DNA from: an uncultured Actinomycetes bacterium
Lineage (GTDB): Bacteria > Actinomycetota > Acidimicrobiia > Spongiisociales > DATADW01
Direction of reading: 5' to 3'
DNA length: 64,000 nucleotides
NCBI GenBank assembly: GCA_963780745.1
Contig: CAWACT010000001.1
Location: forward strand, 148,737 to 212,736
This document shows, piece by piece, positions 55,508-64,000 of this stretch; position 1 is the first letter of the stretch; the number at the start of each line of letters is the position of its first letter. The notes under the pieces are model-generated. The model was not told where the DNA came from, made no database searches, and saw only the letters and a program-made list of their open reading frames with translations. The translations under genes were made by a program, and so were the position numbers.

Positions 55508-55939
55508 CTATGACCTGTCCCATGCCGAGCTGACCGTGCGGTTCACCGGTCGCACCATCCAGGCCAGCACGGCCATCGCCGCCGACAGGACGATGCTGAC
55601 CAGCACAAGGGGCGACTCCAACCGATCCCATCCGTCCCGGCTCAAGAGTCGCTGCCCATGTCGCTCGCTGAGGTAGCCGGGCACCATCAGCGCCCCGAGC
55701 ACCCCTAGCACCCGCGCCCAGCCAGTGCTGGGGCGCCGCGCCACCGCGGCGGTCGCCACACCCTGCAGACTGAGCATGGTGACCGGTGCGGAGAGGGCGG
55801 TCCCGTTGAAGAGCGAGTCCTGGAGTATCCGATCCGGTGAGCCCCGCATGTTCACCAGCGGGACATCGAAGAACCTACGGCGGCGCAGCGCCACCGCCAT
55901 GCCGGTCAGTCCGCACGCCAGCTGAGCGACAGACGCCAC
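55508..55939 (-). CDS. hypothetical small membrane protein
   Basis: 143-aa ORF (GTG start) with 3-4 hydrophobic segments, codirectional with and between the response-regulator and CHRD genes. No family recognised. Confidence 0.45.
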   Translation of the reverse strand: MASVAQLACGLTGMAVALRRRRFFDVPLVNMRGSPDRILQDSLFNGTALSAPVTMLSLQGVATAAVARRPSTGWARVLGVLGALMVPGYLSERHGQRLLSRDGWDRLESPLVLVSIVLSAAMAVLAWMVRPVNRTVSSAWDRS

Positions 55940-56016
55940 GAGCGAGCCGACGTGCTGGGGTCACCCCGGCGACCGTAGCGAGTCGATTCCCGAAATGGAC
56001 TGTCTCCCAAGCGGTG

Positions 56017-57252
56017 TCAGGACCGGAGGAAAGCGAGAACCGCGAGTACCCGCCGATGGTCGTCGGGGGCGGGAAGCAGGTCGAGCTTGGTGAAGATGCT
56101 GCGAACGTGCCCTTCCACCGTCTTCGGGTTGAGAAATATTCGATCGGATATCGCCTGATTCGACCGTCCCTCGGCCATGAGGGCGAGCACCTCCCGCTCC
56201 CGGTCGGTGAGCGTCTCCAGCGGGCTCGACTCTCGCGCCCGCCCCACCAGGCTGGCGACGACCTCGGGATCGATCACCGACCCCCCGGCTCCGACCCGGC
56301 GCACCGCGTCGGTGAACTCACGCACATCGGCGACCCGGTCTTTGAGCAGGTAGCCGAGCCCAGCCGCCCCCCCGGCAAACAACTCGATGGCGTAAGAGGT
56401 TTCGACGTACTGGGAGAGGACCATCACGCCGACCTCGGGGTGCTCCGATCGGATCTCGTGGGCGGCGCGCAGGCCTTCGTCGGTGAAGGTAGGGGGCATG
56501 CGCACGTCCACCACCGCCACGTCGGGAGGATCCCTCCGGATCACCTCCAGCAGCTCATCCGCGGTTCCTGTTTGGGCCACTACATGGAACCCTGTGTCCG
56601 AGAGCAGACGGGCGACGCCTTCGCGGAGGAGGATCGAGTCGTCAGCCAGGGCGACCCGCATGGAAGGGGCCGACGCTGCGCTGGTCCGGGTGAGCAGCTG
56701 TGCGGGGTCGTCGGCCGGAACCACCCTGATCACCTTGACCGGTTCGGCCAGCCCCTTCACCCGCGTCTCGCCGTGGGCGGCGTAGTGCACGTCGTCGATG
56801 ACCCCGGCAAAATGGACCACCTCGGGTGACGCCAAGATCTCCCCCGGACCCGCCAGGCTGCAAAGGCGAGCTGCCAGGTTGAGGGCACCGCCCCGGTACC
56901 CGCCCTCCACCGTCACCGCCTCTCCCGCGTCCAAGCCCATTCCGACGTAGAGCGGAAGCTCGGGTTGCTCGATGGCGCATTGCACGAGTCGGCCTTGCAG
57001 CGCCACCGCGGCCAGGATCGCTTGACGAGGCGAGTCGAACCCCACCAGCACTTCATCGCCCTTGAGATCGATCACCGCGCCGTAATGCGCCACCGCTACT
57101 TCACCGGTCAGGTCGGCGAAGGTCGTGGTCAGGCGGGCCGCAGCCTCGTCGCCGTGTTCCTGCGTGAACGACGTGTAGCCGCGGATATCGGCGAGCAAGA
57201 AGATCTTGACGGCCGAGGGCGGCGCCGCCGGTGGGCCGGCCGCACTCGTCAT
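56017..57252 (-). CDS. NarL/LuxR-type response regulator with an N-terminal class III cyclase homology domain (CYC-REC-HTH)
   Basis: 411-aa uninterrupted ORF. Cyclase part: IFLLADIRGYTSF, DLKGDEVLVGF, GGALNLAARL. Receiver part: MRVALADDSILLREG, VAVVDVRMPP, GYLLKD. HTH part: LTDREREVLALMAEGRSNQAISDRIFLNPKTVEGHVRSIF. ATG 57252 overlaps the kinase stop (ATGA). Confidence 0.8.
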   Translation of the reverse strand: MTSAAGPPAAPPSAVKIFLLADIRGYTSFTQEHGDEAAARLTTTFADLTGEVAVAHYGAVIDLKGDEVLVGFDSPRQAILAAVALQGRLVQCAIEQPELPLYVGMGLDAGEAVTVEGGYRGGALNLAARLCSLAGPGEILASPEVVHFAGVIDDVHYAAHGETRVKGLAEPVKVIRVVPADDPAQLLTRTSAASAPSMRVALADDSILLREGVARLLSDTGFHVVAQTGTADELLEVIRRDPPDVAVVDVRMPPTFTDEGLRAAHEIRSEHPEVGVMVLSQYVETSYAIELFAGGAAGLGYLLKDRVADVREFTDAVRRVGAGGSVIDPEVVASLVGRARESSPLETLTDREREVLALMAEGRSNQAISDRIFLNPKTVEGHVRSIFTKLDLLPAPDDHRRVLAVLAFLRS

Positions 57253-59386
57253 CGCACTCCGGACCGCGCCATGGCTGCTGCGCCTGCAGCGACCCGCTCA
57301 GCCGCGACGGCTTCCGACGCTCCGACGGGGATGCGGCAACGGAGGGTGGTCCCCTCGCCCGGTGGGCTGTCGACCTCGATGGTGCCGCCCACGGCCTCCA
57401 CTCGGTCGTTGAGCCCGCGCAACCCCGACCCGCGCCCGGGGTCGGCCCCACCCACGCCATTGTCGGAGACCTCCACCCGAAGCCACTCGTCGTCATCCTC
57501 GACCCGAACCCGGACTGCGGTCGCTGCGGAGTACTTCGCCGCGTTCGGCCAGCCCCTCGGCCACCACGAAGTAGGCAGTGGCCTCCACCGCAGCAGGGAG
57601 GCGACGATCGAGTGTCGACTCCACCGTCGCCGGGACGACGCTGCGATCGGTGAGCGAGGCGAGCGCCGGGATCAACCCACGCTCGGTCAGGATCGCAGGG
57701 TGAATCCCCCGAGCGAGGTCACGCAGCTCGCTCAGGGCGAGCGTCAACTCCTCCGAGGCCTGATCTAGCCGCTCTCCGAGTCCGTTCTCGGAATCGTCCA
57801 CCATGCTCCGTGCCATCCGCAGCGCCAGGGCGATGGAAACCAGCCGCTGCTGGGCACCATCGTGGAGATTGCGCTCCAGGCGACGCCGCTCCTCGTCTTG
57901 CGCGGTCACCAGCCGCTGGCGCGAGCTGCGCAGTTCCTCGACCAGGCGGACATTGCGCAGCACCAGCCCGGCCTGCGAGGCCAGATCCTCCAGCAGCTTG
58001 GCTTCCGCGGTGTTGAGTGGGTCTCCGCGGGGCTTGGCCACGCTGATCACGCCGAGGAGCTCGCCCTGGTGCCGGACCGGGATGGCGGCGTCGGCGCCCG
58101 GAACCGACACATCCTGCCCGGTGACGATCGGCGGCTCCAGGGGGGCACTGGGTGGGTCGGACCAGGCCGCTTCGCGCACCAGATCGGATCCAACCCGGAG
58201 CCAGACCTCAACCCGGGCGGCACCGATCCCTTCCGCCACCATGGCCGCGACCCGGGGCAGTAGCTCCTCAGTGGCGGTCGAGCGAGCCATCCTCCCCGAG
58301 AGGTCCGACAGCACCTCGTAGGGCGTCGCCCGGCGACCGTAGACGATGCGGTTGGCGAAACGCTGCACCCGCTCCCGCACCGGTTGAAACGCCACCGCCA
58401 CCACCGCGGTGGCCACTATCGACAACACCAGGTTCCCGGAACCGCCGACCAGGGTGCCGACACCCACCACCAACGCCACGTACACCGCAGTGAAGAACAG
58501 GGCCAGAGCCCCGTACACCAGCGTCTTGTTGATCACGACATCGACGTCGTAGAGCCGGTAGCGGAGAATGGCGATCGCCGCCGAAACTGGGATCCCGGCC
58601 AGCAGCACGGCGAAGACCGCTGTCGCCCCCCTCCCATTCCTCGAGCGGGGGCACCACGATGAGTGCGACTAACCAGGCGACCAGCAGCGCCACGGCGTAG
58701 AGGAGCCACTTCAGCTGAGCTCGTAGCTGGATATCGGCCCTGCGGTACCGCACCATCAGCGAGACCAGCGACAACACGGCCAGCACACCCAGCACCACGT
58801 AGGCAGCCCCGGCCAGCAGGCCTTCCTCGTGATCGGGTATCCCTTGGATGCCGATCGGGTTGGGCACCGTGATCGGCTGGCCGGTGACGTCGACGGAGTT
58901 GAACTCGGGCTGCAGCCCAGTGAGAACCATGAACCCGACCGAGAGCACGATGGCCGCCCAGCCCACGAGGGCCCACCGGCGACTCAGAGGACGTCCCGTG
59001 GGAAAGAGCAGCGCGGGGAAGACCAGAGCGAGGACCAGGGTCGGGGCCCAGAAGATCTCCCCGAACATGGCTGCGATCCCCGCCCACCCTGACCCGGGTT
59101 CGGCGAAGCGCAAACCTAGAAGCGACGTCGCGGCGCCCAGCATCGGCGCCAGGCCGATGAAGGCGAACAGCGGTCCCAGCCTGTGCCCGGGCACCCGCAT
59201 CATCAGCAGCCCGCCCACTACCCCGAAGGAGAAGAAGGCGAACGCCAGCGGGACCTCTTCGAGGCTGAGGTCATTCACCAGGTAGTCGCTGACGAGGAGT
59301 AAGGCAGCCAGCAGCGCGCCCAGAGCGATCACCGCCCATCCTGCGATCGTCCAACGACGCTTCCGAGCGTGATCGGCTTCGGTCAT
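57249..59386 (-). pseudogene. sensor histidine kinase (multi-TM N-terminus + GAF-like + HisKA_3 + HATPase_c), two frame changes
   Basis: ORF 58268..59386 gives ~8 TM segments. ORF 57493..58608 gives ..ILRYRLYDVDV.., the GAF-like part and ERRRLERNLHDGAQQRL. ORF 57249..57476 gives EVSDNGVGGADPGRGSGLRGLNDRVEAVGGTIEV. The junctions are in a G6 run (~58630; ..EWEGATAVFAVLLAG..) and at ~57546 (..AEGLANAAKYSAATAV..). Confidence 0.8.
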
Positions 59387-59802
59387 GAGGGCTTCTCCTC
59401 GAAGCGAAGCGCGGCCGTCTTCGGGCTCGTTTGAACCGGATCGTCGCTCACCAGCTCCTCCACCAGATGGCGGATGCGGGCGCCGGACAGTTCCGCCTTT
59501 GGCACGAAGCCAACCGCCCCGAACGACTCTATGTCGTCGCCGTAGTCCGATTCGTCTCTGGTCGACACCAGGACCACCTTCGCCTCAATTTGGGTGAGGA
59601 GGCGCCGGGTCACCTCGAATCCGGACAGATCGGGGAGCTGGACGTCCATGAGCACTACATCGGGTCGCAAAGAAAGCGCCGCCCGCAGGCCGGAATCTCC
59701 GTCCTCCGATTCGCCGACCACGACGAACCCCTCGCTCTCGAGGAGGTCACGAGCAAAGGCTCGGAAGCTCGGATGATCGTCAACGATGAGGACCTTCACC
59801 AT
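59383..59802 (-). CDS. stand-alone response-regulator receiver (REC-only) protein
   Basis: ATG 59802 in ORF 59383..59874. Motifs: MVKVLIVDDHPSFR, VVLMDVQLPDLSG, GFVPKAEL. The stop overlaps the kinase start (ATGA at 59383-59386). Confidence 0.8.
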   Translation of the reverse strand: MVKVLIVDDHPSFRAFARDLLESEGFVVVGESEDGDSGLRAALSLRPDVVLMDVQLPDLSGFEVTRRLLTQIEAKVVLVSTRDESDYGDDIESFGAVGFVPKAELSGARIRHLVEELVSDDPVQTSPKTAALRFEEKPS

Positions 59803-59873
59803 GGTCGTATCGTGCCACCCGACCCGTCGCCTCCGCCAGAGTGCTGGCACTTGATTTCGATCCAAGTCTTCCA

Positions 59874-59885
59874 AGGGTTAACCCT
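59874..59885. promoter_or_regulatory. palindrome AGGGTTAACCCT ~72 nt upstream of the REC-kinase-regulator operon
   Basis: Perfect 12-bp palindrome that shares the 10-bp core GGGTTAACCC with 11337-11346. Confidence 0.4.
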
Positions 59886-60040
59886 GGATGTGATGGCAGC
59901 AGCCGTCCGACCGATCAACGGACCATGATGTCAGCGAACCTGCCCTGCATGATGTGGGTTTCGGCGCCGGGCACCACCGGCCCGCCGGTCTCCAGGTCCA
60001 AGCCCCCGACCGGGAGTAGCAACCCGTGTTCGGTCGAACG

Positions 60041-61462
60041 TCAGTTGAGCTCGGCGAGGACCTCGGCGGCGACGCGGCGCCCGGAGCGCACTGCTCCATC
60101 CATGTATCCGTTCCACACGTCCGACGTCTCGGATCCGGCCCAATGGATACGGCCGACCGGCTCGGCAAGGGCCCGGCCGTACTGGGTCCATACACCGGCA
60201 CCGAGCCTGCCGCCGTAGCAACCGCGGGTGAATTCCTCGGCGCTCCAGTCCAACTCGAGGACGTCGAAGGGCTGTCCCGCTTCGGGGCCGAGAAACTTGA
60301 CCAAGGTGTTCACGACGAGGTCCCGCCGCCCGGCAGAGCTCAACTGGCTGGCGGCACGAGCGTGCGCACCCTCGATGAACCCGGCCAGCACCCCACACGA
60401 TGCGTCAGGCGGCGAATTGTCGATCACAAAGCTCAAGGCGTCGTCGAGGCTGAGAACCAGCCCGCTCAAGCCACGTTCCCGCCAGAAAGGGGTCTCGAAG
60501 CCGACCTGCACCTTGATCAGCGACCCGGCCGGGATCTGTTGGGTGAGCCCGTCACGAAGCACCGGCAGGGCGGGGACATAGCGCAACCGGCCGGCCAAGG
60601 TCGGCGGAATGGCGACGACGGCTCGCCGCCCGGTCACCTCACCACTCTCGTAGGTCACGCGCACACCCTGCTCGTCTTGGGTGATGGTGCGGACCACCGA
60701 GTTGAGACGAACTCGCCCTCCGAGCTGCTCCGCCATCCGCTCGGAGATCTGGTGTGCACCCCCCAGGACGCGGGCTTCCTGGGCGCCACCCGTGGTGGAG
60801 GCGAGGCGGGTGAGCCCGTTGCCCGACTTCACGTAGAACAAGAAGTGCAGCAGCGACATCATCGGTGTCTCGGCGCTGAACAGGACCGGCACGAGCATCC
60901 TGAAGAACCGCAGCGCGACGGCGTCGACGGTGTTCATTGCCAGCCACGTGTCCAGAGTCTGGGCATCGAACTCCTCGGCTCCCGGGGACTCCCACGGGGA
61001 AGCCGTCGACACCGTCGAGGCAAGGGTCTCGATCATCTCCCAGAGGCGGCCCACCTCGGCGGCGCTGTCCGGCGGAAGTCCGATCGACTCGTCGGCCCAG
61101 CGGGTGATCTGACCGTCGATCACGGTGAGGGCATCACCCTCGTCGTAGGTGAGGAAGGTCTCCAGGCCGAGCTCTTCGATGAGGTCGAGAACCGCATCCT
61201 GGGTCGCGCCGACCCACTGCCCGCCCATCTCAACCGGCACCCCGTTGCTCAACACGCCGCCGCAGTTGCGACCGGCCACTCGCCCACGCGCCTCGAGGAC
61301 CGTGACAGCGTTGCCAGCCTCGACGAGTGCTCGTGCCGCGGTCAACCCGGCGAGACCCGCCCCGACGATCACGACATCGGTGACATCTCCTGGCACGGCT
61401 CCTCCCACGATGTGCTGGCGTGAGACAGGACCGGGCCAGTCATCACCCCACCGGTCGAGCAA
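60041..61462 (-). CDS. FAD-dependent amine oxidase (flavin monoamine/putrescine oxidase family)
   Basis: Intact ORF with VVIVGAGLAGLTAARAL (GxGxxG), ..VLEARGRVAGR.. and the C-terminal ..HWAGSETSDVWNGYMDGAVRSG... The likely true start is GTG 61396, just after GGGAGGAG; the listed ORF starts at TTG 61462. Confidence 0.85.
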   Translation of the reverse strand: MLDRWGDDWPGPVSRQHIVGGAVPGDVTDVVIVGAGLAGLTAARALVEAGNAVTVLEARGRVAGRNCGGVLSNGVPVEMGGQWVGATQDAVLDLIEELGLETFLTYDEGDALTVIDGQITRWADESIGLPPDSAAEVGRLWEMIETLASTVSTASPWESPGAEEFDAQTLDTWLAMNTVDAVALRFFRMLVPVLFSAETPMMSLLHFLFYVKSGNGLTRLASTTGGAQEARVLGGAHQISERMAEQLGGRVRLNSVVRTITQDEQGVRVTYESGEVTGRRAVVAIPPTLAGRLRYVPALPVLRDGLTQQIPAGSLIKVQVGFETPFWRERGLSGLVLSLDDALSFVIDNSPPDASCGVLAGFIEGAHARAASQLSSAGRRDLVVNTLVKFLGPEAGQPFDVLELDWSAEEFTRGCYGGRLGAGVWTQYGRALAEPVGRIHWAGSETSDVWNGYMDGAVRSGRRVAAEVLAELN

Positions 61463-61545
61463 AGCAGATTGTCAAGCCCTGCGGGTAAGACAGCAACTTC
61501 GCTGACGGCGCCGAGCCGCCGTGCTCGTGCGAGGCCCGGTGCTTC

Positions 61546-61561
61546 GCCGACTCGCGTCGGC
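61546..61561. terminator. hairpin GCCGAC-TCGC-GTCGGC abutting the methyltransferase stop
   Basis: 6-bp perfect stem read directly. Confidence 0.35.
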
Positions 61562-62218
61562 TCAGAGAGGACCGGTGGCCGTGAATTGAGCTGTCGAGCC
61601 CACCACGTCGATCTCAACGTTCTGGAACGACTCCTCCAGGATCTGGCGCAGCCCCACTTCGGTGTCCCCAAGGTTGTCGAAGGCTCCTTGCCAGTTGAAG
61701 GCTCGGAGGACTGCCCGAGCGGGAAGCGTGTGGTTGGTGGAGCCTCCCAGAACGGTCCCTCCGAAAAAGACACCGTCCGGTGCGAGCACGGTGGCGAGGT
61801 TCTTGATGGCCACAGCCTTGTGGCGCTGCGGACCAGGAAGACAATGGAGCACGAAATTGAGCGCCACTGAGTCGAACGGACCCGCCACCGGCAACGGCTT
61901 CAACACATCAGCTTCGACGGCGCTCACTTCCAGCGGAGCGAGTCGACGCGAGGCGTGAGCGAGGACGTTGGGGTTCGGGTCCAGCAGGGTCACCTCCGCC
62001 TCAGGAGGTAGCCCGGCCTTTTCGAGAAAGTATCCAGTTCCGGGCCCAACATCGAGATGTCTGCGTCCCAGGTGTTGGCGGTATAGCTCCACTACGGGCG
62101 CGGTTGGGCACCGCCATACGACTCGGGCCATGAAGCCGAGAACAAAGGAGTCGTAGATGGCCAATAGAAAAGGTGTGTATCCCGCCTGGCCGCGATAGGC
62201 AGGATCGTCAGGGTCCAT
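61562..62218 (-). CDS. class I SAM-dependent methyltransferase
   Basis: ATG 62218 (MDPDDPAYRG) in ORF 61562..62815. Motif I is HLDVGPGTGYFL, and ..FDSVALNFVLHCLPG.. follows. The start lies 2 nt after the upstream stop. Confidence 0.8.
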   Translation of the reverse strand: MDPDDPAYRGQAGYTPFLLAIYDSFVLGFMARVVWRCPTAPVVELYRQHLGRRHLDVGPGTGYFLEKAGLPPEAEVTLLDPNPNVLAHASRRLAPLEVSAVEADVLKPLPVAGPFDSVALNFVLHCLPGPQRHKAVAIKNLATVLAPDGVFFGGTVLGGSTNHTLPARAVLRAFNWQGAFDNLGDTEVGLRQILEESFQNVEIDVVGSTAQFTATGPL

Positions 62219-62220
62219 CG

Positions 62221-63794
62221 CTACGGCACGTCGAACGGCCCGAAGTCCACCGCACATGTGGCGCCCTCGGGTGGGGTGACCCCCTCCAGCAGGTATCGAG
62301 AGACGACATCCTTGGTGCACTTGGACGGGATCTCGGCGGAGGTGTGGCCCCACCCCTCCACCGTGAGCAGGGCCGAGTCCGGCATCAGGTCGTCCACCAC
62401 TACTGCGTTCTCGTAGGCCGACGCCGGATCGAAGCGGATCCCCACCAATAGCACCGGGTTGGCGGTGGGGCGGTTGAAGGGACCGGTGTAGCGGTCGGTA
62501 TCGAAGCCCTCCCACACTGCGCACGGGCTGGAGAACCAGGTCCACATCCGACCGAAGTAGCCGAAGCGGCGGTCGGCCTCGGCGCCCGCCGCCGACCAGG
62601 AGCGGTGGTCGTCGGGGTTGTCGCTGTCGGTGCAGAGCACGCCGTATTGGCCCTCGACGATGTTGGGATACGGAGGCGTTGTCGGGCGAAGTCGGGTGCC
62701 TTCCTCGAGCGCGTCCAGCGCCGCAGTCTCTACTGCAGGGTCCAGCGACGCTTCCAGCTCGGCGAGGAATTCGGCCAGACCGGGCCAATCGGACGCGGTG
62801 TTCATGGCGTCCCACGTGGTCTTGATCAAGTGGGAGTAGGTGAAGACGACCGTCTCCCCGGTCTCGGGGTCGACGTACTCGAACGGCTCCGACCGCAGCC
62901 GCTCGGCAAGGGCGGCGAAGCGGTCAGCGGCGTTCCCGGCGAAGGCGCAGCCTTCGGGCCCGGCGGCGTCGCACAGCCGGAAGAACTCCTCCAGGGTCGC
63001 CTGGGCGCCGGCGGGGTTGCCCAGGCGGTTGTAGACGGGTTCGGTCTCCGCCTCGTCGCCCCGGCCCGTGGTCCAGGCGATGGGGTCCACCACACTGTCG
63101 AGCACCAAGGCCCGCACCCGGTGCGGGAAGAGGTTGGCGTAGGTGATCCCGAGGAAGGAGCCGTAGGAGTATCCGGCATAGGTGAGCTGGCGGTCGCCCA
63201 CCGCCTGCCGCAGCAGGTCGAGGTCCCGGGCCACGTTGCCGGTGGCCATATGGTCGACGATGGGGCCGCCCCGCCGCTGGCAGGCCCGGTTGAGCGCCCG
63301 GTCGGCCCGCTCGAACATCGCCTCCTCCTCAGCAGTCACCGGGAAGGGAACCGGTGGGACGACGCCGAGCGCCTGCTCGAGCGATCGGAAGCAGAGCAGC
63401 GGGGTGCTCTGGTGGATTCCCCTCGGATCGAACCCGACCCAATCGAAGCGAGCCCTCACCTCCTCGGAGTAGGGAGAGTCATCTGACCTCGCAACCCTCA
63501 GGACCATGTCTACCCCCGAGGTGCCCGGGCCCCCCGGGTTGAGGAAGAGCGACCCAATTCTCCGCTCGGGATCGCCCGCCGGAATCCGGATCAGCGCCAG
63601 GCTGATCTTGGACCTCGCGGCCGGTCATGGTCGAGAGGTACTCGCAACGTGGCGCACTCCAGATCGGGCGCGACGTCGGAGTGGCACGCCTGCCAGCGCA
63701 GCCTCGGCTGGCGGGGGCCCGCCTCTGCGGCGGGCAGCGGGGCGGCAACCCCCAACACGAGCGCTACGGCGAGGAAAGCGGTGGTCCTTCTCAT
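62221..63794 (-). pseudogene. secreted alpha/beta hydrolase of the tripeptidyl-aminopeptidase (TAP-like) type, one frame change
   Basis: ATG 63794 after GGGAGGG. Signal peptide MRRTTAFLAVALVLGVAAPLPAAEA, then ..LECATLRVPLDHDRPRG. After a shift at ~63610 it continues as KISLALIRIPAGDPERRIGSLFLNPGGPGTSGVDMV.. into ORF 62221..63507 (nucleophile elbow GYSYGSFLG; ..VEGWGHT..). Confidence 0.8.
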
Positions 63795-63883
63795 CGTCCC
63801 TCCCAGTCGCCGCCCCGGGCTGCCTCGTGACACCATGAGATCCGGGATCTCCGCTTAGCAGGGAGATTACGCCTCGCACGAGG

Positions 63884-64000
63884 CTAGGGAAGGTCGTCGA
63901 GCTGGCCCGTGAGGTGGAGCGAGTATGCGACGCGGTAGAGGTAACTGCCTGGGTCGCGGACGGCCAGATTGCAGGTGACGTTCGCCACCGTAATGACGGG
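63884..64000 (-). CDS. hypothetical protein, C-terminal 38 codons (gene starts beyond the window)
   Basis: The minus frame is open from the window edge to TAG 63884-63886 (..VANVTCNLAVRDPGSYLYRVAYSLHLTGQLDDLP). Too short to classify. Confidence 0.3.
   Translation of the reverse strand, partial: PVITVANVTCNLAVRDPGSYLYRVAYSLHLTGQLDDLP

Noticed and set aside
1-64000. A search for mobile elements, tRNA/rRNA genes and prophage blocks that could explain the gene stubs.
   Set aside because: I found no transposase, integrase, recombinase or terminal inverted repeats. No tRNA cloverleaf was recognisable by eye in the intergenic regions. The only phage-like trace is the 54-codon sheath stub. tRNAscan/ISfinder-type tools would be needed for certainty.

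Overview
64-kb high-GC actinobacterial-type chromosomal segment. The gene content points that way: F420-type DDN oxidoreductases, WS/DGAT, LipJ-like and Rv1264-like cyclases, SigJ-like and other ECF sigma factors, and a SARP stub. I can support about 60 protein-coding genes or gene remnants, plus a few repeats, palindromic operator candidates and hairpins. I recognise no rRNA, tRNA, CRISPR array, transposase or integrase. Main points: (1) There are roughly 45 reading-frame disruptions, concentrated in a mannoside-uptake/GH38 locus at 19.5-29.2 kb. Some are short 10-22 bp duplications or insertions that look like real mutations. Several truncated gene stubs are also present (HAD phosphatase, SARP regulator, GntR, contractile-tail sheath, RibD_C, methyltransferase, ECF sigma). 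This is either a pseudogene-rich, decaying region or a poorly polished assembly. (2) Signalling genes are dense and intact. There are five class III nucleotide-cyclase domains, one of them fused to the N-terminus of a NarL/LuxR response regulator in a receiver - histidine kinase - cyclase-regulator operon. (3) A 187-bp duplication carries an ECF-type promoter and the first 42 codons of an ECF sigma gene, and now sits in front of unrelated, lower-GC genes. (4) A lower-GC sulfotransferase islet is wedged between gene stubs. All family calls come from motif recognition by eye. No database search or computation was possible, and coordinates of frame-change junctions are approximate.
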